Below, piece by piece: positions 19,141-29,344 of a DNA stretch of 64,000 nt. Within the stretch, counting starts at the first letter, position 1. Every line of letters begins with the position of its first letter. Under the pieces are notes generated by a model. The model did no database searches, was not told where the DNA came from, and saw only the letters and a list, made by a program, of their open reading frames with translations. The position numbers and the translations under genes were made by a program. The DNA is taken from positions 48,571-112,570 of the forward strand of contig JAHFHZ010000001.1 of assembly GCA_023246715.1 (NCBI GenBank). The letters run 5' to 3'. The DNA is from Candidatus Magasanikiibacteriota bacterium (GTDB taxonomy: Bacteria; Patescibacteriota; Patescibacteriia; Magasanikbacterales; GWA2-37-8).

Positions 19141-21030
19141 ATGTGTGGTATCGCAGGCTTTGTAGGAGCGGGGGATAGGAGTGTGCTAGAAAAAATGACC
19201 ACCACTATTAAGCATCGAGGGCCTGATGACGTGGGCTTCTTATTGCGCGAGAATGTCGGTTTTGGGCACCGGCGCTTGAGCATTATTGATTTAAGCCCGA
19301 CCGGCCACCAGCCCATGGGCAGCGCTGATGGTCGAATACAAATGGTGTTCAACGGTGAAATCTATAATTTTTTGGAGTTAAAAAAAGATTTAATTGCCAA
19401 AGGGTATGCCTTTCGGGGCGGGAGCGATAGCGAAGTGATTATCGCTTTGTACCAGGAATACGGCACAGAATCATTCTGTAGGCTTAATGGCATGTTCGCG
19501 ATTGCTCTCTATGATTTTAAGGATCGTGAGTTAGTGTTGGTGCGAGATCGGTTGGGTAAAAAACCTTTGTATTATAGCCAGATTGGCGGTGTGTTTTTGT
19601 TTGGCTCGGAATTGAAGGTTTTGTTAGAGCACCCGGCATTTGTTAAAAAATTGAATTTAGCTGCCGTTAACACTTATTTTGCGTGCGATTATATTCCCAC
19701 ACCAGCTACTATTTTTGAAGGCGTTTTTAAATTAGAGCCCGGCACCTATTTAAGTCTGAAGAGTGGCCATATCCAGAAGTATAAATTTTGGGATATCAGC
19801 TTTGATGCTGACCCTGAAGCAGTCCGTTTATCTAAGGAAGGCAAGGTAAATGAAATTTTTTCGGCGCTGGATGCACGCCTGGAATCAGCGGTACATAAGC
19901 GTTTGATGGCGGATGTTCCCTTAGGCGTTTTTTTAAGTGGGGGTATTGATAGTTCGACCGTGGCTTATTACGCACAAAAAAATAGCGTCCAGAAAATAAA
20001 AACTTTTTGTATTGGTTTTAAGGACCAAAGTTATGATGAAAGCTCTTATGCGCGCCAAGTAGCCAAGTTTTTGGGAACCGAGCATCACGAAGCGATTCTT
20101 GAGCCTAAGGAATGTCTGGAGCTTATACCCCGGCTAGCTGATTTGAGCGACGAGCCAGTGGCAGATTATTCTTTTATTCCGACGTATTTATTATCGCGTT
20201 TCACTCGACAGCACGTTACTGTTGCGCTTGGCGGGGACGGAGGGGACGAGCTATTTTTTGGGTATGGAACCATTGTGGCCGAACGAATCGCCCAGGCTGT
20301 ACGTTTTTTCCCTGTGGCAACAGATATTGGTTTGATGCTATTGGGAATGCTGCCGGTTTCGCACGCTCGATTTAATACGCGTTTTAAACTGGAGCGATTT
20401 TTGGCTGGGCTTAATTCGCCAAAATTATATCGCCATCAGGCGTGGCTTGGCACGTTTGATGCCTCAGAGCGAAACAAATTATTTACCCGACAAGCGCAGC
20501 AACAATTGGCCAGCACAAATGGCTATACTCACCTGGATAATTATGGAATTACGACTAAAAATTTTCACCGGTTTAATGAATTGATTTACTTGTATTTACG
20601 GACGTATCTGATGGATCAGGTGTTGGTAAAAGTTGACCGCGCCAGCATGGCCAACTCTTTAGAAGTTCGAGCGCCATTTTTAGATTATGAATTCGTTGAC
20701 TTCGTTAATTCACTTTCGTATACTTATAAAATTAAAGGTTTACAGACTAAATGGCTGCTCCGCAAGTTAATGCATGGTAAATTACCCCCCGAAATAATTC
20801 GGCGTCCCAAAGCTGGTTTTGGCATTCCGTTGTCGGATTGGTTAAGTGCTGAATTAAAGCCGCTGATGCTGGAATTATTAGCCCCGGAGAATCTCCGCCC
20901 AACCGGTCTGTTTAATCCCGATTATACCCAGGGGATTATTGCCCAGCACCTGGAGCGGCGCAAAGATTGCCGTAAGGAATTGTGGAATTTAATAACCTTT
21001 CAATTGTGGGCCAAAAAATGGCTGATTTAG
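19141..21030 (+). CDS. asnB: Second asparagine synthase (glutamine-hydrolysing) family amidotransferase
   Basis: MCGIAG, HRGPD, FNGEIYN, FLSGGIDSS, GDGGDELFFGY and KVDRASMANSLEVRAPFLD. Confidence 0.93.
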   Translation: MCGIAGFVGAGDRSVLEKMTTTIKHRGPDDVGFLLRENVGFGHRRLSIIDLSPTGHQPMGSADGRIQMVFNGEIYNFLELKKDLIAKGYAFRGGSDSEVIIALYQEYGTESFCRLNGMFAIALYDFKDRELVLVRDRLGKKPLYYSQIGGVFLFGSELKVLLEHPAFVKKLNLAAVNTYFACDYIPTPATIFEGVFKLEPGTYLSLKSGHIQKYKFWDISFDADPEAVRLSKEGKVNEIFSALDARLESAVHKRLMADVPLGVFLSGGIDSSTVAYYAQKNSVQKIKTFCIGFKDQSYDESSYARQVAKFLGTEHHEAILEPKECLELIPRLADLSDEPVADYSFIPTYLLSRFTRQHVTVALGGDGGDELFFGYGTIVAERIAQAVRFFPVATDIGLMLLGMLPVSHARFNTRFKLERFLAGLNSPKLYRHQAWLGTFDASERNKLFTRQAQQQLASTNGYTHLDNYGITTKNFHRFNELIYLYLRTYLMDQVLVKVDRASMANSLEVRAPFLDYEFVDFVNSLSYTYKIKGLQTKWLLRKLMHGKLPPEIIRRPKAGFGIPLSDWLSAELKPLMLELLAPENLRPTGLFNPDYTQGIIAQHLERRKDCRKELWNLITFQLWAKKWLI

Positions 21031-21038
21031 TAGTTTGT

Positions 21039-21743
21039 ATGCCGGAAATCTCGATTATTATCCCAATTTATAACGAACAAGCAATTTTGCATAAAGAAGT
21101 TTTAAGCATCGTCAGCGAGCTTAAAAATTTTTTGCCGCAGATAAACTACGAAATTATTTTGGTTGAAAATGGCAGCGTAGACGCGACCCGTTCAATCGCC
21201 GAGGGGCTAACACGATCTTACCCAACAATTCGTTTGGTACATTTACCGGCAGCCAGCTATGGCCGCGCGCTTAAGCATGGAATTAATGAAAGCCGGGGAG
21301 TGTATACGGTGCTGTTTAATATTGATTTTTGGGATGTGCCCTTTATCGTAAAGGCGCTCGAGATAATGCGCTACGGAAAAATGGATATGGTGGTTGGTTC
21401 CAAGACAATGAAGGGGGCGGAAGATACTAGGCCGTTTTTGCGCCGTCTGATTACGCAATTGTTCAATAAATTACTACGGTTAATCTTTGGCTTTACCGGT
21501 ACGGACACGCATGGAATTAAACTTCTGCGTCAGGATAAAATTTTGCCGGTGGTGGCCGCCTGTCAGACGGAGCGCGAAATTTTTGATACCGAGTTCGTGT
21601 TGCGTTCGCAACGAATGGGTTTGCTTACGGCAGAAATCCCCGTCGTTTGCCAGGAAAAGAGAGCCACGGTGTATCACATTAGCAAACGGATACCTCGAAC
21701 AATTAAAGATTTAATCGTGTTATTTTTTTCATTGCGCCGTTGA
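21039..21743 (+). CDS. GT2 polyprenol-phosphate sugar synthase-like
   Basis: Likely start MPEISIIIPIYNE. VENGSVD, YGRAL, NID in place of DxD, VGSK and DTHGIK. Confidence 0.85.
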   Translation: MPEISIIIPIYNEQAILHKEVLSIVSELKNFLPQINYEIILVENGSVDATRSIAEGLTRSYPTIRLVHLPAASYGRALKHGINESRGVYTVLFNIDFWDVPFIVKALEIMRYGKMDMVVGSKTMKGAEDTRPFLRRLITQLFNKLLRLIFGFTGTDTHGIKLLRQDKILPVVAACQTEREIFDTEFVLRSQRMGLLTAEIPVVCQEKRATVYHISKRIPRTIKDLIVLFFSLRR

Positions 21744-21746
21744 TGT

Positions 21747-23189
21747 ATGCCTTTGCTGATTGCTTGGAGTAAACAATGGTGGCCGGCAGTGCTCGCTGGG
21801 ATTTTTTTTCTTGGCGCGGTTGCGTATGGTTTTCCCGACAGTCCTGCGCCATGGTTTGATCAAGGGATTAATTTGGGCATAGCCAAAACCTACGCCTTGG
21901 ATGGCGTGTATAGCTTGGGGCTTGGGGCTGGAAAGGTGGTTGAAAACAGGCCGCTGATGATCAGCACCAATTACCCCCTGCTCGCTTGGATTACTCTGGG
22001 GTTTAAGCTTTTTGGTGTTGGTTTAGCGCAAGCTCAACTAGTAATGCTTGCTTTTTTAGTAGTTTTTTTGTTTGTCAGTTTTTTATTGGCTCGTCGGCTA
22101 TTTGGCGGGCAATCGGCTTTTTTGGCCATAGGATTGACGGTTACTTTTCTACCTTTTTACGGGAACGGGTTAAGCGGGGGTTTAGGCGAAGTGCCAGGGT
22201 TGGCTTACCTATTTTTAGCTTTGTTATTTTTTGATCGCCGAGAATCCCCCGTGACTGCTCTGGCCGGGATTTTTTTTGGTCTGGCGATTACGACGAAAAT
22301 TTTTTATTTATTGCTGCTGCTGCCAGTGCTGCTGGTGGAAATTATTTTTGCTTGGCGTGAACGTGTGGTCCCCTGGAAGCGGTGGTTTTGGTTGTCGGTG
22401 GGGATAGTGCTGCCCTTGATTATTTGGGTTCGAACTTTGTTGCCCGGGGGCTTTAGTTCAACTGGCTTGCAAGAGGCTCTGGCGTATTACCGCAACCCGT
22501 ATCGCCTGGTAGAATCAACCTTCCTTAAAAATATTTTTTCCTTTGCTACCGAGAGCACTTTGGCGCACTTTGCCTTTTTAGGCGCGATTGTATACGGAGG
22601 TTTTTTTACGCAAAAAAGATGGCGAACCGTTCAGCGGGCTGAGTTGATTTTATTATTATTTGTTCCGTTGAATTTAATTTATTTCCTTAAAGGACCAGGC
22701 TGGTTCAGGTATTTATTCCCGGCGCATTTGGTTTTATTGGTTATGTCCCCGGGCATGCTCTCTGCGCTCATTGAGCGCTGGCGGCCTAAGCAAATTGCCG
22801 GTTGGTTGGTGATAGGAGTGCTGGGAATACTTATTGCCGCGCAGACAATTCATTTTTTTAGGCATCGTTCCGATAAACTTTATTATAATCCCGCCCCGCG
22901 CGCGCAGGCGGCCGAATTATCCGCGGAGATCCCGGCTACAGCTGATTTGTACCTCGTTGATCATCCCGAATTATGGTTTTTATTGCCGGGTACGGGCGCA
23001 CGACAGTTTATTCATATGAATCCCTACACGGCTTTTGGAGATGATTTCTTTACTTTAGGCAATTATCCGCGTTATGTTGTGGTTGATCGGCCCGAGCAGG
23101 CTTTTAAAGAGGCGGACTATGCCATTTTTTCTAGGCGCTATGCACCATATAAGAATTTTGGCTTATATACAGTTTTTTTATTGCGTTAG
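21747..23189 (+). CDS. GT-C (ArnT/PMT-like) membrane glycosyltransferase
   Basis: PWFDQG loop after TM1, GLGEVP, GLAITTK and RYLFP; multiple transmembrane helices. Confidence 0.78.
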   Translation: MPLLIAWSKQWWPAVLAGIFFLGAVAYGFPDSPAPWFDQGINLGIAKTYALDGVYSLGLGAGKVVENRPLMISTNYPLLAWITLGFKLFGVGLAQAQLVMLAFLVVFLFVSFLLARRLFGGQSAFLAIGLTVTFLPFYGNGLSGGLGEVPGLAYLFLALLFFDRRESPVTALAGIFFGLAITTKIFYLLLLLPVLLVEIIFAWRERVVPWKRWFWLSVGIVLPLIIWVRTLLPGGFSSTGLQEALAYYRNPYRLVESTFLKNIFSFATESTLAHFAFLGAIVYGGFFTQKRWRTVQRAELILLLFVPLNLIYFLKGPGWFRYLFPAHLVLLVMSPGMLSALIERWRPKQIAGWLVIGVLGILIAAQTIHFFRHRSDKLYYNPAPRAQAAELSAEIPATADLYLVDHPELWFLLPGTGARQFIHMNPYTAFGDDFFTLGNYPRYVVVDRPEQAFKEADYAIFSRRYAPYKNFGLYTVFLLR

Positions 23190-23195
23190 TTTTTT

Positions 23196-24968
23196 ATGAA
23201 TACCTATACTTGGAAAATTTTTTTGTTTCGGAGCATTTCGTTTTTTCGCACCCACGCCTTTGGATTGCTATTAGCGGGAGCGGTTACGTTGGCGGTGAGC
23301 CTGCCTCCGGTTATTTGGCATTTTTCGACTGATTTCCGAGGCGTGGAGATGCTTAAAACTAACACCGAAGCGCACTATGTCGCTCAAGTACAGGAGGTAT
23401 ATGATGGCCACCCACGTTTGGGCAACACTTTTTTTCAAGGTCTAAAAAATTCTGATTACTTGTTTCCGCCACTATCTCCAAATTTGGTTGCTTTATTTGG
23501 CAAGCTTATTGGGGTAGGGGCAGTCGGCGCGGTTATTGTAGGGCGTTTTTTGTTTGTATTTTTGTTGGCTTTGGCAATTTACGGTTTCGCGTATCGTCTG
23601 TTTGGCAGCACTCGTTGGGCGGCGGTGGCAGCCCCGTTCATTATTTTGGGCTATGCGTTGTTTGATCCACACACGCTCTTGCGTTTATTTTCTTTTGGCC
23701 AAGGGGCTGGCGAGGCTACCTTCATTGATTATGGTCGGCCCATTAACCCCCAAATTAGTTCATTATTCTTTTTTGGGTATCTATATTTTTTCTGGCAGTT
23801 TTTGATTGTTCCATCTCGCCGTACCTTGTTGGGAGTGGTTTCGGCCGTATTGCTGGGCGCTAGTTTTTACGTGTACTTATTTACCTGGACTTATTTATTT
23901 ACCCTCAATGGTTTTTTATTTTTATTATTTTTACTGCGTAAAGATTTTGAGAGTGTTAAACGAGTTGTGGCGGTTACTATTGCGGCCGCGGTACTTGGCA
24001 TACCGTACGCATTTAATTTGTTGGCGGCTAGCCAGAATACCTGGTATGCCGAAACGGCAGTACGTTTTGGGTTTGTGGCTTCCCACGCGCCCAATATTAG
24101 CCGGTTGGTGCTTGGTTTAATAGTCGTTTATTTATTTGCGAAGTCTTTGCTCACCACGAAACAGCGTGTTTTTTTTGGGTCATTTTTTGTAACAGCGTTG
24201 GTGGTGGCCAATGAACAAATTATAACCGGTAAATATATTTTTAATCATCACTATCACTGGTATTACACCACACCGCTCGTGGCCCTAGGCGTACTCGCGT
24301 TTTTTGCTCAATGGTTTAAGGCCCATCCCGACAAAAAGCGGGTTGAAGTTTTGGCGGTAGCGCTGTTGGTTGCATTATTTTTTGTACAGGGAATCAAGGT
24401 GCAGGTTTTGTCGTATCAAGCATCCAAGGAATCAATGGTTGATGAGCAGCGTTACGCCCCAGTGATTGATTGGTTTAACCATGAAAGCCCCCTAGACAGC
24501 GTGATTTTTGCCCCCGCCCCGTTGCTACGTTTGCTTCCCGCGGTTACGCATAATAATGTGTACTATTACGGCACTGGTATCTACACTCTTGTTTCAAATG
24601 AACGGCTCATGGATACTTATTTGGCGCAGATCTATTTACAGCGTGTGCCACAAGTGGATATCCGTCTGTATCTAGACGAGCATCAGGCAGAAATTGCGGG
24701 GTGGGTGTTTGGGTACACTTTCAGTTTTCAGCCCGGAGTATGCAGCACCTGCGTGCCAGAGGATTTTTTGGATAAGGCCGCCGAACGTTACCGACAGCTT
24801 ACTGACGCCAATTTTGCATCGTTTTTACTTAAATACCCTTTGGATTATATCGTGACCGATGAAAAAACCGACCCGGGTTGGAGAGTGGATCGGTTTGGTT
24901 TCGTTCCGGTTGCTAAATTCGGCACGCTGACTATTCATTCGGCCGCGGCTCTTCTTGCCGGGCCATAA
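23196..24968 (+). CDS. Multi-pass membrane protein, possible GT-C-type transferase
   Basis: About 11 hydrophobic helices, an N-terminal loop TEAHYVAQVQE and a soluble C-terminal domain ending YPLDYIV; lies among GT genes. Confidence 0.6.
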   Translation: MNTYTWKIFLFRSISFFRTHAFGLLLAGAVTLAVSLPPVIWHFSTDFRGVEMLKTNTEAHYVAQVQEVYDGHPRLGNTFFQGLKNSDYLFPPLSPNLVALFGKLIGVGAVGAVIVGRFLFVFLLALAIYGFAYRLFGSTRWAAVAAPFIILGYALFDPHTLLRLFSFGQGAGEATFIDYGRPINPQISSLFFFGYLYFFWQFLIVPSRRTLLGVVSAVLLGASFYVYLFTWTYLFTLNGFLFLLFLLRKDFESVKRVVAVTIAAAVLGIPYAFNLLAASQNTWYAETAVRFGFVASHAPNISRLVLGLIVVYLFAKSLLTTKQRVFFGSFFVTALVVANEQIITGKYIFNHHYHWYYTTPLVALGVLAFFAQWFKAHPDKKRVEVLAVALLVALFFVQGIKVQVLSYQASKESMVDEQRYAPVIDWFNHESPLDSVIFAPAPLLRLLPAVTHNNVYYYGTGIYTLVSNERLMDTYLAQIYLQRVPQVDIRLYLDEHQAEIAGWVFGYTFSFQPGVCSTCVPEDFLDKAAERYRQLTDANFASFLLKYPLDYIVTDEKTDPGWRVDRFGFVPVAKFGTLTIHSAAALLAGP

Positions 24969-26514
24969 TAAACATATTGTCTCGTAAATTCAGCGGAATA
25001 GAGAGTCGGTTCAGCCGGCTTTTTTGTAGGTAATTAGATATTTTTCGCCAGATTGCCTGGTGGCGAATAGTATACATAATTTGGAAGATGTAAGCCGGTT
25101 GGAATTTTTTGCCAATATTTCCGATTTCAATCACGGTGAAGTCGTGTTTATTTAAGATCATCGACAGATTTTTGGGATTGAAAAGCCGGATGTGTTCGGG
25201 TGGAATAATTAAAGGCCAAAAACGCCCTAAAATTTTGGCGACGGCGCTCCCGGCATTTGGCATATTCATTACCACAATTCCACCCGGTTTAAGTAATTTG
25301 GTTATTTTGAGTAAGGTTAAATTGGGGTCGGGCAGGTGTTCAAATACGTCCCAGAGAGTTATAACATCGAACGAATGCGGAGCGAAGACGGCATTGTCTA
25401 GGGTACCGGTTTGCACCGCTAGCCCACGGCCCCGAGCGGCCGCAGCCGCGTAGTCGGAAATTTCTACTCCGGCCACCTGCCACCCCCGCTGTTTTGCTAT
25501 GGTTAAAAAAGATCCGGTGGCAGCGCCGATGTCTAGAATACTGCCCTTGTTAGGATGTTTTGCTTCAATTTTATCTAAATATATTTGCAACGTGACATTT
25601 TCCGCTTGTTTGGTTTGCTCATAATCAACATAACCAAAGCCTTGCGTGGCGCCAGTAAAATAATCCGCGGAGTAGAGGGCGTTAAATTGATCAGGAAGTG
25701 GCGCGATAAAAATCAGCTGGCAAGCAACGCAGCGCCTTACTTTGCAGTTATTTTTGGTAAACCAGAAACGTGTATTCAGCGAGGCGCAAGCGGGACAAGG
25801 CAACGCGCCGCCTGGTTGCCAACGAATCAAATTCCAGGGCAGCAGCACTCCTTCCTGGATAATACGTAGGGAAATTTTTGATTCACCGCTGAGGCGACTT
25901 TTAAATAGGATGGGTAGTTCTACGATTCGTTTGCCGAGCTTCCAGATTTTGTATTTTAGATGCATTAAAAAGGCGTAACCAGAAGGATCGATTTCCGAAA
26001 AATTAATTTCGCGTAGCATCTTTGTGTTTAAGCACATGAATCCGCTGGTGCAATCGGTGATTGGCAGACCGGTAACCAAACGGCAATACCAGTTACCGCC
26101 ACGGCTTAAAATTTTTCGCCATAGTTCCCAACCTTCAATGCCGCCTTCGCCTGTGTAGCGGGAGCCGATTACCAGGTCGTGATTAGCGCCCAGACGAATT
26201 AATTCTGGCAGGTACGACGGGTCATGCGATCCGTCTGCATCCACGGTACAGATGTGGGTAAATCGGCCCTCGGTTAAAATTTTGCTGAAAGCATCAGAAT
26301 ATGCCCGGCCCAAGCCTTCTTTTTTAGGTCGAGAATAAAGTATTAAACGAGGAAATTGCGCGGTAAGTTCAGTTACCGCCGCTGCTGTACCATCGGGTGA
26401 GTTATCGTCGATAACCATTACCGAAACGTGGGGAACGGTAGCAAAAATTTTAGGGATCACTGCCCGGATGTTTTCTTTTTCATTATACGTGGGCAGCAGA
26501 ATTATCGTTTCCAT
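24931..26514 (-). CDS. Fusion of a polyprenol-phosphate mannose synthase-like GT2 and a class I SAM methyltransferase with a Zn-ribbon
   Basis: N-terminal LPTYNE, DDNSPDGT, KEGLGRAY, VDADGSH, GSRY and DCTSGF; then CPAC..CVAC, ILDIGAATG, GVEIS, WDVFEH and LKPGG. Confidence 0.85.
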   Translation of the reverse strand: METIILLPTYNEKENIRAVIPKIFATVPHVSVMVIDDNSPDGTAAAVTELTAQFPRLILYSRPKKEGLGRAYSDAFSKILTEGRFTHICTVDADGSHDPSYLPELIRLGANHDLVIGSRYTGEGGIEGWELWRKILSRGGNWYCRLVTGLPITDCTSGFMCLNTKMLREINFSEIDPSGYAFLMHLKYKIWKLGKRIVELPILFKSRLSGESKISLRIIQEGVLLPWNLIRWQPGGALPCPACASLNTRFWFTKNNCKVRRCVACQLIFIAPLPDQFNALYSADYFTGATQGFGYVDYEQTKQAENVTLQIYLDKIEAKHPNKGSILDIGAATGSFLTIAKQRGWQVAGVEISDYAAAAARGRGLAVQTGTLDNAVFAPHSFDVITLWDVFEHLPDPNLTLLKITKLLKPGGIVVMNMPNAGSAVAKILGRFWPLIIPPEHIRLFNPKNLSMILNKHDFTVIEIGNIGKKFQPAYIFQIMYTIRHQAIWRKISNYLQKSRLNRLSIPLNLRDNMFIMARQEEPRPNE

Positions 26515-26539
26515 GAGGATGCTTTATAAAAAATTTTGT

Positions 26540-28015
26540 TTAGCGAATATTTTTTGCGATGATCAGCAGTGTCGCAAATGGTCCGGTATTGAATAATCGA
26601 AAAGCCAACCAGATGCCCGTCAGGTAGGCAATACCCTGGCCTATCAGTAACATACAAAAGTGAAGAGTCGAGAGAGATAAAAGGGTTTTCCCCCAGAACA
26701 GATATGGCAGGCAGATTATCAAGCTCAGCAAGAGTGGGGTAATAATTTTTGCCAGCATATCACGGTACTTTATGAGCGTCAATTGAGTTAAAGAGCGTAA
26801 GTTTAGGCAAAAAACAGGCAACATCCCGACTAATAACGCGCCAGCCGCGCCATTGATGCCCCAGCGGACTGTGGCCGGGATAATCAGGCTGGCAGTGGTG
26901 CAAATTTTAACAATCGTGAACCCGGTTTGAGCGCGAGGTTTGCCTAACGCGTTGGAAAGAGCCAGTACCAAGTCGTTGATATTGCCAAGAAAAAAATAGA
27001 AAAGAAATATGGATAGCGCGCTAGCCATTGGCAGCCAGGGCGTACCCAGTACGATCGTGACTAGCTTGTTTCCAACAAAGAGGGTTAAGAGGCAAATTGG
27101 AATTAGAAAAAAACCGATAATATCTAAATTTTTTAAAAAACCGTCGGTAATTTTTTGTTTATCGGTTTGAATTTTGGCAAAGGCGGAAAAACTAATTTGG
27201 TTGAGCATCGGGCCTAAAAAACCAGGGGCTACCGCGGCCATGCTTTTGGCTTTACTGTAAAGCCCCAGGCTGCTTAGGGTGGTGAGGCGGGCCACACTCG
27301 TGCTCTCTAGCAAGCCGTAGAGCTGATCTAGCCAGCTTTGGCCGACGATCCATTTGCTGTAATGGAATAACTCCCGGAGAATATTGAGGTTAAAAGATAG
27401 CCGTGGACGATAGGGGTGTAAAAAGTAGGTGATAATTGTTTGAGTGAGATAATAGGCGAGTTGGGCAAAAAATAAAACCCAGTATGATGGCCAGAGTAAC
27501 GCTCCCGCGATACTGACGATAATATAGGCAATTTCACGAACCAAATTACGGATAAAGATTTTTTTGAAATCTAACTCTTTGAATAAATAATTTTCTCCGA
27601 TGTTGCCTAAATTTAGGATAAGCATGAAAATCCCGCCCAAGCTGATGGCTAAGATAGCCTGCTCCCCATGCAGGAAACCGGCTAGCCAAGGCCCAACGGC
27701 AAGCACCACCACGAAAATAGCCAGGCCTTTGAGCACGTGGATTGTCCAGAGCGGGTTGAGAAATTTTTTAATGTCCCCCTCTTTTTGAATGAGCGCGCTG
27801 GCAAAACCGGTATCGGCGGTGGCATCTAAAAAGCGGGGCAGCAGAATAACCAGTCCCATTATGCCAAAATCCTCCGGCTTCAAGAGTCTAGCCAAAATAA
27901 AAAACGAAACCAAACCAAGGCATTTTTGGATCACATATCCGAGTGAAAGCCATTTACCGCTCTGAATTGATTTTTTTAGCACGCCTTCGGGGGGCGCAAT
28001 AGCGCTTGATTGCAT
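26540..28015 (-). CDS. wzx: Wzx/PST-family polysaccharide flippase
   Basis: ILARLLKPEDFG, GFASALIQK, KELDFKK, LGLYSKA, LGTPWLP and WGINGAA; 12-14 transmembrane helices. Likely start at 28015. Confidence 0.88.
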   Translation of the reverse strand: MQSSAIAPPEGVLKKSIQSGKWLSLGYVIQKCLGLVSFFILARLLKPEDFGIMGLVILLPRFLDATADTGFASALIQKEGDIKKFLNPLWTIHVLKGLAIFVVVLAVGPWLAGFLHGEQAILAISLGGIFMLILNLGNIGENYLFKELDFKKIFIRNLVREIAYIIVSIAGALLWPSYWVLFFAQLAYYLTQTIITYFLHPYRPRLSFNLNILRELFHYSKWIVGQSWLDQLYGLLESTSVARLTTLSSLGLYSKAKSMAAVAPGFLGPMLNQISFSAFAKIQTDKQKITDGFLKNLDIIGFFLIPICLLTLFVGNKLVTIVLGTPWLPMASALSIFLFYFFLGNINDLVLALSNALGKPRAQTGFTIVKICTTASLIIPATVRWGINGAAGALLVGMLPVFCLNLRSLTQLTLIKYRDMLAKIITPLLLSLIICLPYLFWGKTLLSLSTLHFCMLLIGQGIAYLTGIWLAFRLFNTGPFATLLIIAKNIR

Positions 28016-28043
28016 TTTTTCTTTTCCTATATTAGTATGTTTA

Positions 28044-28072
28044 AGTATAGTCGGTACCCCCCGTAACGTCAA
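28044..28072 (-). promoter_or_regulatory. sigma70 promoter for wzx and the GT2-methyltransferase fusion
   Basis: On the minus strand: TTGACG (28072-28067), 17-nt spacer, TATACT (28049-28044). Confidence 0.7.
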
Positions 28073-28090
28073 TTTTAGTTTTACTACGGT

Positions 28091-29335
28091 ATGGATAATT
28101 CTTCAGCTAATACTACACTGGAAAAATACCCGCAACAAATCGGTGTAGGCACTTGCATTATTAGTGAAAGGGCTCGCCGGTATGTTAATGATGTGCTAGA
28201 CAGCGCGCGGTTGACCTATGGGCCATTTTCGCAGGCTTTTGAAAAGAAATTTGCCGAAGCACATAATTGTAAATTCGCCGTGTTGATGAATAGCGGTACG
28301 AGCGCGTTACGCGTGAGTATCGCGGCTTTAAAAGAAAAGCATGGTTGGCAAGATGGCGACGAAATTTTGATTCCCGCGATTACCTTTATTTGTGATGTCA
28401 ACGTTATTACTTCGAATGGTTTGACGCCGGTGTTTGTTGATGTTGATCCGCTCCGATTCAGCATGGACCCAGCATTGGTGGCAAGCAAGCTAACCAGCCG
28501 CAGTCGCGCGATTATGCCAACGCATCTGTGTGGGCTTCCGGCCAACATGGAGGCGCTGATGAAGTTGGCCTGTGAGCGAGATTTACGGGTGATTGAAGAT
28601 GCTTGCGAAGCGGCTTTTGCCCGTTATAATGATAAACCAGTAGGTAGTTTTGGCGATATTGGCTGTTACTCTACCTACCAGGCCCATATTGTGGCTACTG
28701 GGGTGGGGGGCCTGGCGCTGACTAATGACCCCGAAACGGCGGTTTTGCTACGCAGCCTTGCTAATCATGGCCGGGACGGTATTTATATCCAGATTGACGA
28801 CGATAAAGGCAAAACCAAGCAAGAGCTGGAGCAGATTGTGAGCAAGCGGTTTACTTTTATCCGGCCAGGATTTAGCTTTCGAGTCACCGAGCTTGAAGCT
28901 GCTATTGGGCTGGCCCAATTGGAAGACGGTATGGAACCGGATTTATTGCGCCGCCAGCAAAACGCCGCGGCGCTTACCAAACGGCTAGAACGCCATGCCA
29001 GTATTTTACAATTGCCAACTGTGCCCGCTGACTCATCACATGTCTTTATGATGTACCCGTTGGTGGTTAGGCCGGGCTCAGGCGTGAGCCGCGATGAGTT
29101 GGTTAATTTTTTAGAAGAGTATAATATTGAAACTCGCAAGCTTTTGCCTATTTTAGACCAGCCCTTCATCATTAAGCGCTATGGTGATTTGGCGGCACGC
29201 TACCCCGTGGCGGATTCTTTGAACAAAGGAGCTTTTTATATCGGTTCCCACTCAGGAATAGGGGAGGAAGAAATCGAATACATCGGTAAGGTGTTTGACA
29301 TTTTTTTTGCCAGCCGAAAATTGGCAACAACATGA
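28091..29335 (+). CDS. DegT/DnrJ-family PLP enzyme with His in place of the catalytic Lys (ColD/RfbH-type 3-dehydratase-like)
   Basis: NSGTSAL, GDEILIPAITF, PVFVDVD, IEDACEA, GSFGDIGCYSTYQAHIVATGVGG and NHGRD. Confidence 0.85.
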   Translation: MDNSSANTTLEKYPQQIGVGTCIISERARRYVNDVLDSARLTYGPFSQAFEKKFAEAHNCKFAVLMNSGTSALRVSIAALKEKHGWQDGDEILIPAITFICDVNVITSNGLTPVFVDVDPLRFSMDPALVASKLTSRSRAIMPTHLCGLPANMEALMKLACERDLRVIEDACEAAFARYNDKPVGSFGDIGCYSTYQAHIVATGVGGLALTNDPETAVLLRSLANHGRDGIYIQIDDDKGKTKQELEQIVSKRFTFIRPGFSFRVTELEAAIGLAQLEDGMEPDLLRRQQNAAALTKRLERHASILQLPTVPADSSHVFMMYPLVVRPGSGVSRDELVNFLEEYNIETRKLLPILDQPFIIKRYGDLAARYPVADSLNKGAFYIGSHSGIGEEEIEYIGKVFDIFFASRKLATT

Positions 29336-29344
29336 GCGGTATTT

